Below are positions 51,301 through 63,300 of a stretch of 64,000 nt of DNA, piece by piece. The position numbers and the translations under genes were made by a program. The stretch comes from Leucoraja ocellata (Eukaryota). The notes below the pieces were generated by a model that saw only the letters and a list, made by a program, of their open reading frames with translations, ran no database searches and was not told the origin of the DNA. Positions within the stretch are counted from its first letter, which is position 1; every line of letters starts with the position of its first letter. The DNA is taken from NCBI GenBank assembly GCA_036785375.1, contig JAWMAR010000061.1, forward strand, positions 6,882,001-6,946,000. Reading direction: 5' to 3'.

Positions 51301-54300
51301 TGCTCAGCTGCTATCAAAGTTAGGGTTGAGGATGGATTGATAGCGAATACCCAGTTCACTTCCTTGCCTGTATGATAGAACCCTTTTTTCAAGGTTGCGA
51401 TAGCAATGAACAGGGTTCAAACACTGGGCAGCACGGTGGCGCAGCGGTAGAGTTGCTGCCTTACAGCGTCAGAGACCCGGGTTCAATCCTGACTACGGGT
51501 GCTGTCTGTACATTCTCCCCGTGACCTGCGTGGGTTTTCTCTGGGTGCTCCGGTTTCCTCCCACACTCCAAAGACGTCCAGGTTTGTAGGTTAATTGGCT
51601 TGGTAGAAGTGTAAATTGTCCCTAGTGTGTGTAGGATAGTGTTAGTGTGCGGGGATCGCTGGTCGGTGCGGACTCGCTGGGCCGAAGGGCCTGTTTACGC
51701 ACTGTATCTCTAAACTAAACTAAAAGCAGATGCGTAGAGGTGTCAAATGCATTACACGTTTTAGTAATGTCCAAGTAAAAATACATATAAATTCTTTAAT
51801 TGGTTTATTAATCATTAGATGATAATTTTTGTTGGTTAATTGATGGTCATTTACTTTGTTTCTTATTGATTTTGTGGTTTTAGAATCCAAATTTTAACAG
51901 TGCAGAAGACATTGATGATCTGATTCTAGGAATGGCTTCCCAAAAAGCAGAGCATGAGGACAATATCGTGGTGACAGATCTACGAGGTAAAACGCTACTG
52001 ATGTTACTTTCTCTGTGCCCCACTCGCCAATACAAAACACATGAATCAGGTACATAGAGTCATAGAGTGATGCAGTGTGGAACCTGGCCCAACTCGCCCA
52101 CACCAGCCAACAATATCCCAGCTACACTAGTCCCACCTGCCTGCGCTTGGTCCATATCCCTCCAAACCTATGTTTTCTAACCTTCCCTCCATCCAGGTAC
52201 ATCAGAGAGAATTGGTGTGCTTTAGAAGTGTTCAACTTTCGCCCTGTTTATTAGCATAGTTATTTAAACAGGCAGATCATTACTACATGTGTACAAAAGA
52301 AATGCAGATGCCGGTTTAAATCGAAGTAGACACAAAATGCTGGAGTAACTCAGCGGGACAGGCAGCGTCTCTGGAGAGAAGGGATGGGTGACGTTGCGGG
52401 TCGAGACCCTTCTTCAGACTGATGTCACGGGAGATAGAATGTAGTCGGAGACAGTAAGACTGGTGGGAGAACTGGGAAGGGGGAGGGGATGGAGCGAAAG
52501 GGAAAGCATCCTTATCTCTGTGCCTCCCTCTCCCCTGACTCTCAGTCTGAAGAAGGGTCTCGACCTGAAACGTCACCCATTCCTTCTCCCCACAGATGCT
52601 GCCTGTCCCGCTGAGGTACTCCAGCATTTTGTGTCAATCTTGCTTATAAACTTACCTGCTCTGTATTAATTTAATTGGAGTTTGCACCAACCTTTAATGT
52701 ATAATGTTAATGGCCCAGCAATTATTGCCCAGCCTATTACTCATATCACCAATATAACTTAACTGGAAAATCCTGTTTACAAGATCCGGCGTTTATTTGC
52801 CCATGAATTTCCTTCCATTTTATCTGCTTTAAGGACTTGTGCAGTGATGTCCAACATTAAGCTCCAGATACCTGGAGGATTCTTCACCCTCCTGTGCCTT
52901 TTATGCCATGGTATTTCTCAGCAATGAGTCCTTGTAAAAGGGATTCTCTGCTCCACTCATGTAGCATTGGTGCTTTGAAGCTGATTAATGACGAGCCCAG
53001 CGTTTTCGGTTGCGACAGTGCAACTTTGCTATGGGTAGTATACTTATTGGTTTCCTGGAGTAGTTCTTGGCTCTTCTTGGTTTCTTGGTCCTCCAAAATA
53101 TTCCAAATGGAATTTAAACTGTGGAGGTGGTGGAGGGAGGACTTAAGCCAGAAAGGATTATTGGGAAGAAAGAGCTACTTTAAATGTAGTTGCCTCTGGT
53201 TAGGTAACTATAGTTGGGTGGAGATTATTCCATGCTTTCATTGTGCGGGGGAAGAACGAATTGCTGTACACATCTGTCTTTGTAGCTGGGATCACAAATT
53301 GGATCGAATGCCCTCGTCTGCTCCTAATTGGTTTGGGTTTGGTGTAGGTCTTGTAGTCTATGTCGAGCTGACCATTTAACATTTTGTAACAACAAGTCAA
53401 ACGGTGAGCTTCACGTCTGTCTGTCTTGGAGAGGGTTCCACCCCAGAGAATTCAGAAGTTTGGTGACACTCGCTTCTCTCTCTGTGTTAGTAACAAATCG
53501 AGCTGCCTGTCTTTAGACACGTTCGATGGAAGAAATATTTTTATTTGTGTATGGGTCCCATGCTGCAACTGCGTAGTCCAAATGAGGTCTAACGAGGGTG
53601 ACTTTACTTGACTACCATAGATACCTTGGAAAGAACTGCAGATGCCGGTTTGAATCGAAGATAAACGCAAAATGTTGGAGTAACTCAGTGGGACAGGCAG
53701 CATCTCTGGAGGGAAGGGATGGGCGACGTTTCGGGTCGAGACCCTTCTTCAGGCTACATCCAGTGTGTTATTGATTATGCCGTTTGCTTATTACAGATTA
53801 TATGTATGGACCTATGAGATTTACAAGATCAGACGTGGTGGCCCTCGACATCCAGAGGAGTCGAGACAACGGTCTTCCAAGTTACAACCAAGCACGAGAG
53901 GCTCTCGATCTTCAACCCATCACAAACTGGGCTCTTATTAACCCTGACCTCAACAGGACGAATCCAGAGGTCAGATTGCTCCCATCTCGAAAACAAAATT
54001 GAGGGAAAAAAAATAGTTTAATTTAGTTTATTGTCAAGTGTACCGAGGTACAGTGAAAAGCTTTTGTTGTGTGCTAACCAGTCAGTAGAAAGGAAAATGT
54101 TATTACAATCGAGTCCAAAAAAAATCACCCTATATGTGTGTTTAAGAATATATTTCTCATGACAGAAATATATACTCAAGGTAGACAAAAATGCTGGAGA
54201 AACTCAGCGGGTGAGGCAGCATCTATGGAGCGAAGGAATAGGTGACGTTTGGGGTCGAGACCCGGAAGGGTCTCGACCCGAAACGTCACCTATTCCTTCA

Positions 54301-57300
54301 CTCCATAGATGCTTCCTGGTCTCAACCCGAAACGTTGCCTATTTCCTTCGCTCCATAGATGCTGCCTCACCCGCTGAGTTTCTCCAGCATTTTTGTCTAC
54401 CTTCGATTTTCCAGCATCTGCAGTTCCTTCTTAAACAAAATATATACCCATGTGTTATTCATCCACCTCCAGTTTAAATTCCATTTGGAATATTTTGGAG
54501 GACCAAGAAACCAAGAATCAAGAACATAAAAATAGTTAAATGGATTTTGCCAACTGAAAAATTCTGAACTCATTATTTTATTGCTTCTCTTGCCCAATAC
54601 AGGGTGGGGTTTCTTTAGTATTTTAGATTCTGGGGCCAGTAACATGTGTAGTTTAGTTTCAGTTCAGAGAGACAACATAGAAACAGGCCTCGGTGTGTGG
54701 GGAGGAACTGCAGATGATGCATTAAACTGAAGATAGACACAAAAAGCTGGAGTAACTCAACAGGAGCTTCCAGTGGAAGCAGGTCCGATTTTATCATTTA
54801 AAAATCAATTGGATAGGTATATGGACGGGAAAGGAATGGAGGGTTATGGTCTGAGTGCAGGTAGATGGGACTAGGTGAGAGTAGGTGTTCGGCACGGACT
54901 AGAAGGGCCGAGATGGCCTGTTTCCGTGCTGTAATTGTTATGTGGTTATATTTTCGGACAGACGACACCTCAGTCTGAAGAAGGGTCTCGACCCGAAACG
55001 TCACCTGTTCCCTTTCTTCAGAGATGCTGTCTGATCCCCTGTCATTTCTGCTTTTTGTGTCTTATCTTCATGGAAACAGACCCATCGGCCCACCAAGTCC
55101 GTGGGATCCTTCGATCACCCGTTCTATCCCCCTTCAGTCATGGAGTAGGCCGTGTCTGACCCCCCCCCCCCCCTCCCCCTCCCCCCAATCTTTGCACATC
55201 CCCAATCCTTTCCGCTCGTAACTTTAATTTAATGCTTCATGTATTTTGTGTTTTTTTTAATGACTGTTGGCAGATCAATTTTCCTCCTGGGATGAATAAT
55301 GTTTTATCGTATCGTATCCCAAATTCCCATCCAGTCATTTTTCAAAATGTTCTGAATGATCACAATGAATGGCGGTGCAGGCTCGAACGGCCGAATGGCC
55401 TCCTCCTGCACCTATGTTTCTATGTTTCTATGAGGCAATGCTGAGAGATGCCCTTTCTCTCCTGTTCACCAGCTCATAAACCGATTAGCAGCGCTGTACA
55501 ACAACGACATATCCAAACTGGAGCTGTTTGTCGGCGGCATGCTGGAAAACAGCGAGAGCACTTCACGACTCTTTCCCAACATCATCAGAAAACAATTTGA
55601 GCACTTACGGGATGGGGATCGATTCTGGTTCGAAAATACCAAGAATGGGTGAGTTAAGATCATCACTCTCGAGCCATTGTTTCCATATTTGGCAGATGGA
55701 TTGATAAATGCTTGAAAAAGGTGTGGTTTATAATACTCTACATGTAGGAACGGAATAAAAGAATAATATCCGATTTTATCCATAAAGAGTTTGAGATAGA
55801 GCATGGAAACAGGCCCTTCGGCCCACGTCGACCATGGATCACCCTAGTTTTATGCCATCCCACTTTCTCATCCACTCCCTGCACACTAGGGACAATATAC
55901 AGAGGGCCAATTAACCTACAAACCCGCACGTCCTTGGGATGTGGGAGGAAACCAGAGCTCCCGGAGCAAGCCTTTGGGATCACGGGGAGAACATGCAAAC
56001 TCCACGCTGGTGGCACCCGTAGCCAGGATCGAACCCGGGTCTCTGGCGCTGTGAGGCAGAGGCTCTACCAGCAATGGCACTGTGCCAACCGATGGGCACT
56101 TTGATAGTTTTCTTACTGATACACCACACTGGCAAATACTTCCTGGATTAAATTGCTGGAGATTTAAAATGCCACAGATGAAATGACAGTGAGATTTAAC
56201 AATTCTGTAGTACGAAATATTATAAATGAGAAACATCAACTAAAGACTTTCGATTGGTAAAAATGATGGCATTCTGACGAATTCTGTTCCCTACAGAATT
56301 TTTACCCAGGCAGAGCTTAGTATCATTTGGGCAACAACGTTTGGAGACGTTGTACTGGCAACAACGACTGCAGAGCCAGGGGACATTCAGAATGAAGTAT
56401 TCTACTTGAGAGAAGGTAAGAAGCCAAGCTGACCGGACCTGGGTCGTATGTAAATGAGTACAGGTTGGGCACCATACCTGAGGATGGATGTGCTGGCTCT
56501 GGAGAGGATCCAGAGGAGGCCCAGCACTTTGCGTCCTTCTTTGTAAACCAGCATCTGCAGTTCCTTTTTTACTACAGCTTAAGAGATGCTTGGTCAATAT
56601 TATCGCACTAATTTTCGATGTTTTGTATGCTGACAGGTGACCCCTGTAGCCAGCCGGCACAGCTGACCGCTGAGGATATGGAGCCATGTGTTGAGGTCAG
56701 CACGCTGCACTATTTTCAGGGCAGTGGAGCGGGTTTCGGAATACTCATTGTGGCCCTCTGCTGCTTCCCTCTAGGTATGTAGATTCTATTTTATCATAAG
56801 AAGCAAAAAATAAAAGGGGCTTCACCGTGTAGATGGCACACGCTGATTAAAGCAGTGTTGTAAAATGAATCAAGCTGGTCAGGCAGCGTCTCTGGAGAAC
56901 ACACCTGGAGTATTGCGTACAGTTTTGGTCTCCAAATCTGAGGAAGGACATTATTGCCATAGAGGGAGTGCAGAGACGGTTCACCAGACTGATTCCTGGG
57001 ATGTCAGGACTGTCTTATGAAGAAAGACTGGATAGACTTGGTTTATACTCTCTAGAATTTAGGAGATTGAGAGGGGATCTTATAGAAACTTACAAAATTC
57101 TTAAGCGGTTGGACAGGCTAGATGCAGGAAGATTGTTCCCGATGTTAGGGAAGTCCAGGACAAGGGGTCACAGCTTAAGGATAAAGGGGAAATCCTTTAA
57201 AACCGAGATGAGAAGAACTTTTTTCACGCAGAGAGTGGTGAATCTCTGGAACTCTCTGCCACAGAGGGTAGTTGAGGCCAGTTCATTGGCTATATTTAAG

Positions 57301-60300
57301 AGGGAGTTAGATGTGGCCCTTGTGGCTAAGGGGATCAGGGGGTATGGAGAGAAGGCAGGTACGGGATACTGAGTTGGATGATCAGCCATGATCATATTGA
57401 ATGGCGGTGCAGGCTCGAAGGGCCGAATGGCCTACTCCTGCACCTAATTTCTATGTTTCTATGAGAACATGGATAGATGGTGTTTCAGGTCGAGACCCCA
57501 AATGTCATTTTTCTATGGTCTCCAGAGATGCCTGATCTGCTGAGTTACTCTGATACTTTCTGTAAACCAGCATCTGCAGTTCCTTGTGTCTACACTTGGA
57601 ACTTGTTGAGTCACCAAGAGAGGTTTGCGGGGTAATTTGGCTTTGGTAAGTTGTAAAAATTGTCCCTAGAGTGAGTGTGGGCTAGTGTACGGGGTGATCG
57701 CTGGTCGACCTGGGCTCGGTGGGCCGAAGGGCCTGTTTCCGCAATGTATCTCTCAAGTCGAAAGTCGAAAGAGGTCGGAGAGAAAATTCACGTGGGTCAG
57801 ATTGCTTTGAAGTTGAGAAGAACTTTGTTTATGACTGTATTTAATGGAGACTTTTTACATTTTTTGCAGCGGCTTTACTTGTGGCTTTCAGTATAAGTAT
57901 TTCACGAAAGAGAGAAAAGAGAAGAATGCAGCCCAAGAAACCTTCTGTGAAGAAACAAATTTCAGCAGGAGAAAAAATCCAAGGTGAGAAAACTCTATTT
58001 TGGATTGTGTCCTATTACACAAATGGACACAAAGTACTGCAGCAACTTAGCAGGTCAGGCACAGTGGTGCAGTGGTAGAGTTGCTGCCTTACAGAGCCAG
58101 ACACCCAGGTTCGATCCTGACTACGGGTGCTGTCTGTACGGAGTTTGCACGTTCTCCCTGTGACCGCATGGGTTTTCTCCGGGTGCTCTGGTTTCCTCCC
58201 ACATCCCAAAGACGTGCAGGTTTGTGGGTTAACTGACCGCGGTAACAATTGTAAATTGTCCCTGGTGTGTAGGATAGTGCAAATGTATGAGTGATCGCGG
58301 GTCAGCATGGACTCAGTGGGCCGAAGGGCCTGTTTCCGTGCTGTATCACTAAAGTCTAAAGTAAAATGTTTTGAATAGGAGAGTTGCAACTGAGACTGTT
58401 ACAAATAATAGTATTTAGTTAATAATTAATAAATCATTTTACTCCATCAAAATGAGATTCCCCAGTAACATGGCAGCCAGTTTAAAATTGCAACATTGTG
58501 GCCTTCAACCTATGAGCCCAAATCCCTCGTTAATTAAGGTGATAGTTACGAGTAATTTAAAAAAAAATTAACAATCGTCGAAATTAATGAATAGGAAACT
58601 TTTACATATTTTTGTGATTCCACATTTGATTTTGTAGGCATAGCTGTAAGATTTGAAATATTTAAAGCATGTTTTATTATTATTACCTATAATGAATGAT
58701 TGATCTCCAAGGACGTACAGGTTTGCAGGTTAATTGGCCTGGTAAATGTAAAAATTGTCCTGAGTGTGTGTGTGTAGGGTAGTGTTAGTGTGCGGGGATC
58801 ACTGGTCAGCATGGACTCGGTAGGCGGAAGGGCCTGTTTCCGCGCTGTATCTCTAAACTAAACGAAATGTTTGTTTAAGAAGGAACTGCAGATGCTGGAA
58901 AATCGAAGGTACACAAAAATGCTGGAGAAACTCAGCGGGTGCAGCAGCATCTATGGAGCGAAGGAAATAGGCAACGTTTCGTCCCGAAACCCTTACGGGT
59001 TTCGACCCGAAACGTTGCCTATTTCCTTCAGGGTTTCGACCCGAAACGTCGCCTATTTCCTTCGCTCCATAGATGCTGCTGCACCCGCTGAGTTTCTCCA
59101 GCATTTTTGTCTACCTTAAACTAGATGTTTGTTATCTCTAAACTAAACTAGATGGTACTCGCTGGAATTTAGAAGATTGGGGGGGAATCTTATAGAAACT
59201 TACAAAATTCTTAAGGGGTTGGACAGGCTAGATGGAGGAAGATTGCTCCCGATGTTGGGGAAGTCCAGGACAAGGGGTCACAGTTTCAGGATAAGGGGGA
59301 AATCTTTTAGGACCGAGATGAGAAAAACATTTTTCACACAGAGAGTGGTGAATCTCTGGAATTCTCTGCCACAGAAGGTAGTTGAGGCCACAGTTCATTG
59401 GCTATATTTAAGAGGGAGTTAGATGTGGCCCTTGTGGCTAAAGGGATCAGGGGGTATGGAGAGAAGGCAGGGATGAGATACTGAGTTGGATGATCAGCCA
59501 TGATCATATTGAATGGCGGTGCAGGCTCGAAGGGCCGAATGGCCTCCTCCTGCACCTATTGTCTATGTTTCTATATGTAACGAATATTCTTGCACTCCAT
59601 TTAGCCTCTGAATGGCAAGGTCCCAAGGATGCTCTGCGGCGTATCAACATTTCCCTTGATTCCAATAAGTGCATTAAAGTCAAGGACAATAAGCGATCAG
59701 TACTCCGAAACATCAAGCTTGGAATGCAGACCCATTTGGATATCATTCAATCCACTGACAAGGAACAAAGAGCTTTGCTGCTGAAGGTCCCCAAGGAATA
59801 TGATCTGGTGAGAAGAAATTGGCTTTTGTGCATCTACTTTTTACACAATTCTTGAGGCCTTTCCTTACCAGTTGATCTAAAGCAGTGGCAATGCTTGTAA
59901 ACCAGGAAGGGCCAAAGGGCCCGTTTCCAATCGCCTTTTGGGATGTGGGAGGAAACCAGAGCACCTGGAGGAAACCCACGCGATTACAGTGCAAACTCCA
60001 CATAGACAGCACCCGAGGTCCTAATTCAACCTGGGTCTCTGGAGCTGTGGGACAACAGCTCCGCCATCTGAGCCACTGTGGCAACCCTAACTTTAGTACA
60101 TGCTCAATCCCATCCTTCCTCCAAACTTCCATTATATCATCGTGTCAACATATCATTATGTGCGTTTTTATAACACCAATTGGACAGATATAACGCAAAA
60201 GCATAGACACAAAGCGCTGGAGTAACTCAGCAGGACAGGCAGCATCTCTGTTACTCCAGCATTTTGTGTCTATCGTCAGTGTAAACCATCACCTGCAGTT

Positions 60301-63300
60301 CCTTCCTTGACATATAAACTTATCATCAACAGCAACAAAAACAAATTGCATTTCTCCAGTTGTTTTGAAAGTGACATTTGTAATAATCTATTCCTATGGT
60401 CCTCAGGTGCTGATGTTCAATGATGAAGAGGAACGCGAAGAATTTGTGGAGAATTTAAAAACGTACCTGGAACAACACGGCTTACGTATGCTGGTGCATG
60501 AAGTGAAAGAACGAACACTGTTGAAGGAAGCTGTAACAAAGCAGCATCGAATTAAGATCTTAGATACATTTTTCCGTCGTGTGTTCGCACAGGTATCATC
60601 ATCATCATCATCCTTTTATTGTCATCATGCAAAGCAACAATTGTACAGTGCAAAATGAGAAGATGTTTCTCAGGGAATACCAGAGCATCGCACATAAAAA
60701 CTCAAACATTTCACACATAAAATAAAAACAATCCAGTTCCTGATAAAAACAGGACGAATAGTTTAAAAAAAAGTGCTGGTAAAAAAGCTACATTAAAATA
60801 CAATTTAAAAAACAGTCAACAATGTCCAGGGCAGCTGGTTTAAGTGGCCTGAGCCAGTGCCAGAGTTATTACTCAGTGCCAGTTATTGAATTGTCAGTGC
60901 AAAAGCAGCAGAATCAGGTGGAGTGACTGTTTAGCAGCCTCACAGCCTGTGGAAGGAAGCTGTTTAGCAGTCTTTAAAGCTATTAGTTTGTATTTAGTTT
61001 AGAGATACAGCGCGTAAACAGGCTCTTCGGCCCACCGAGTCCGCGCCGACCAGCGATCTCCGCACACTAACTCAAGCCTACAAGCAGAGGCGGACTGGGT
61101 CTAAAAATATTGGTTGCCAGGAGACAAAGGGGGCCCACTTCATCAGGGGCCACTTGCCATCGGGCAAGTTGACACCCTGGCCAGTCCGCCACTGCCTACA
61201 CACACTAGGGACAATTTACACTTATACCAAGTATACAAACCCCAAGCCAATTAACCTACAAAACCTGTACGTCTTTGGAATGTGGGAGGAAATCGGAGCA
61301 CCCGGAGAAACCCCACGCAATCACGGGGAGAACGTACAAAAACCCCGTATAGACCAGGGATCGAACCCAGGCCTCTGCCACTGCAAGAGCTGTGAGGCAA
61401 CAACTCTATTAAATATATGCAGTAATAATATCATTTAATTATATAATTTTGACGTTTGCATCTGTAACGTCCTTATTACGCCAAGATCTGAACGTAACTG
61501 CCAGAGGGTTCCTGGGCAACCTGTTCAACATGCAGTTTATTGTGAAAACAGAAAGTTTAGTTTAGTTTAGTTCAGAGATACAGGTCCTTTGGCCCACCGA
61601 GTCCATGCCATCGAGCAATCGCCCCGTACACTAGTTCTATCCAACACACTAGGAAATGTGGGGGGAAACTGGAGATCCCGGAGAAAACACAGGGAGATCC
61701 TACAAACTCCGTACAGACAGCACCAGTAGTCAGGATTGAACCCGGGTCTCTGCGCCACCGTGCCGCCCCTGGTGACTGGGGAGAGCTGGTGGGGGTCATA
61801 ATCTAGAAGGGGATATAGGAGGTGGCAGCTATGGTTCAACCTCAGTGAGGTAGACATCAGTCCCTCCGACCAACCCTACTCTTTGCTTGAATAATATTAT
61901 CCACCTCTGCATTCTCTGCCGCATCTAGGTTCTGGAGATTGAGGGGACTGATGTTGGGAACTTTGACAATGAAACCACCAAGAAAGCAAAAGAGTCTCTG
62001 ACCTGCGAACTGACGAGTGCGGAGTTTGCGGACGCACTGGGAGTGAAGGAAGACTCCATGTTCGTGGAGCAGATGTTTTTACTGGCTGACAAAGATGGAA
62101 ATGGCTACCTGTCATTCCGGGAGTTCCTGGATATCTTTGTTATCCTGATGAAAGGTAACCCTGAACTTGGGATGATCATAAGATCATATGTGTTGGGAGC
62201 AAAATGAGGCCATTCGGCCCATCAAATCTACTCCACCATTCAATCAGGGCGAGGTAGACAAAAAAGCTGGAGAAACTCAGCAGGTGAGGCAGCATCTATG
62301 GAGCGAAGGAAATAGGTGACGTTTCGGGTCGAGACCCTTCTTCAGACTGATATACTCGTTATCACCAATCCCACACCTAACAATGTCCTTTTTAACATCA
62401 ATAACTTTACTAAAGGCTGTATGTTGCACTGTTTAATAGAATCTTATCGCAAAAGTGCCAATCGCAATGGCCGCTTGCCAATTGCATTAGCCATCCACAG
62501 TTATAGTGGAAACGGAACTGAGTATCGAAGATCATAAGTGATAGGAGCAGAATTAGGCCATTCAGCCCATCAGGTCAATTCCACCATCCAATCATGGCTG
62601 ATCTATCTCTCTCCCTCTCAACCCCATTCCCCTGTCTTCTCCCCATAAACCCTGACACCCTTACTAATCAAATAATCAGACCTTACTAAACAAATACATG
62701 TTCATGTGAGAAAAGCTACTTTGGTACTGCCAAATGGTTGATGAGAATATTTGTGTAAGAAGGAACTACAGATGCTGGTTTACACCAAAGATAGACCCAA
62801 CATGTTGGAGTAACTCAGCCGGACAGGCAGCATCTCTGGAGAGAAGGAATGGGTGACGTTTCAGGGCGAGACCCTTCTTGCTGAGTTACACCAACTTTTT
62901 CATGTCTATCTTCAGTTTAAACCAGCATCTGCAGTTCCTTCTTACACTGTAGATCATCTTCCTGTTACAGAAGCTGATTACTATTTCCAGCACATACTAA
63001 TTGAAAACTATCCCAATTTCCTTCCGCAGGTTCCCCAGAAGCGAAATCTAAGCTCATGTTTAAAATGTATGATGTTGATGGAAGTGGGTCCATGTCGAAG
63101 GAAGAGTTCTCACAACTACTCAAGTAATTAAATTAAACTTACCGGCTCAATATTGTAGTTAGTTCATCCTGTTTCATCATTTGTCATCAATGCTGTTTCA
63201 GGAGGCTGTGGAGTTGTCTGTGAAGGAACAAAGAAACATAGAAAATAGGTGCAGGAGTAGGCCATTCGGCCCTTCGAGTCAGCACTGCCATTCAATATGA

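Noticed and set aside
58853-59119. Recurrent [18 protein letters not shown] / [12 protein letters not shown] ORFs
   Set aside because: Translations of non-coding Penelope terminal-repeat foldbacks.
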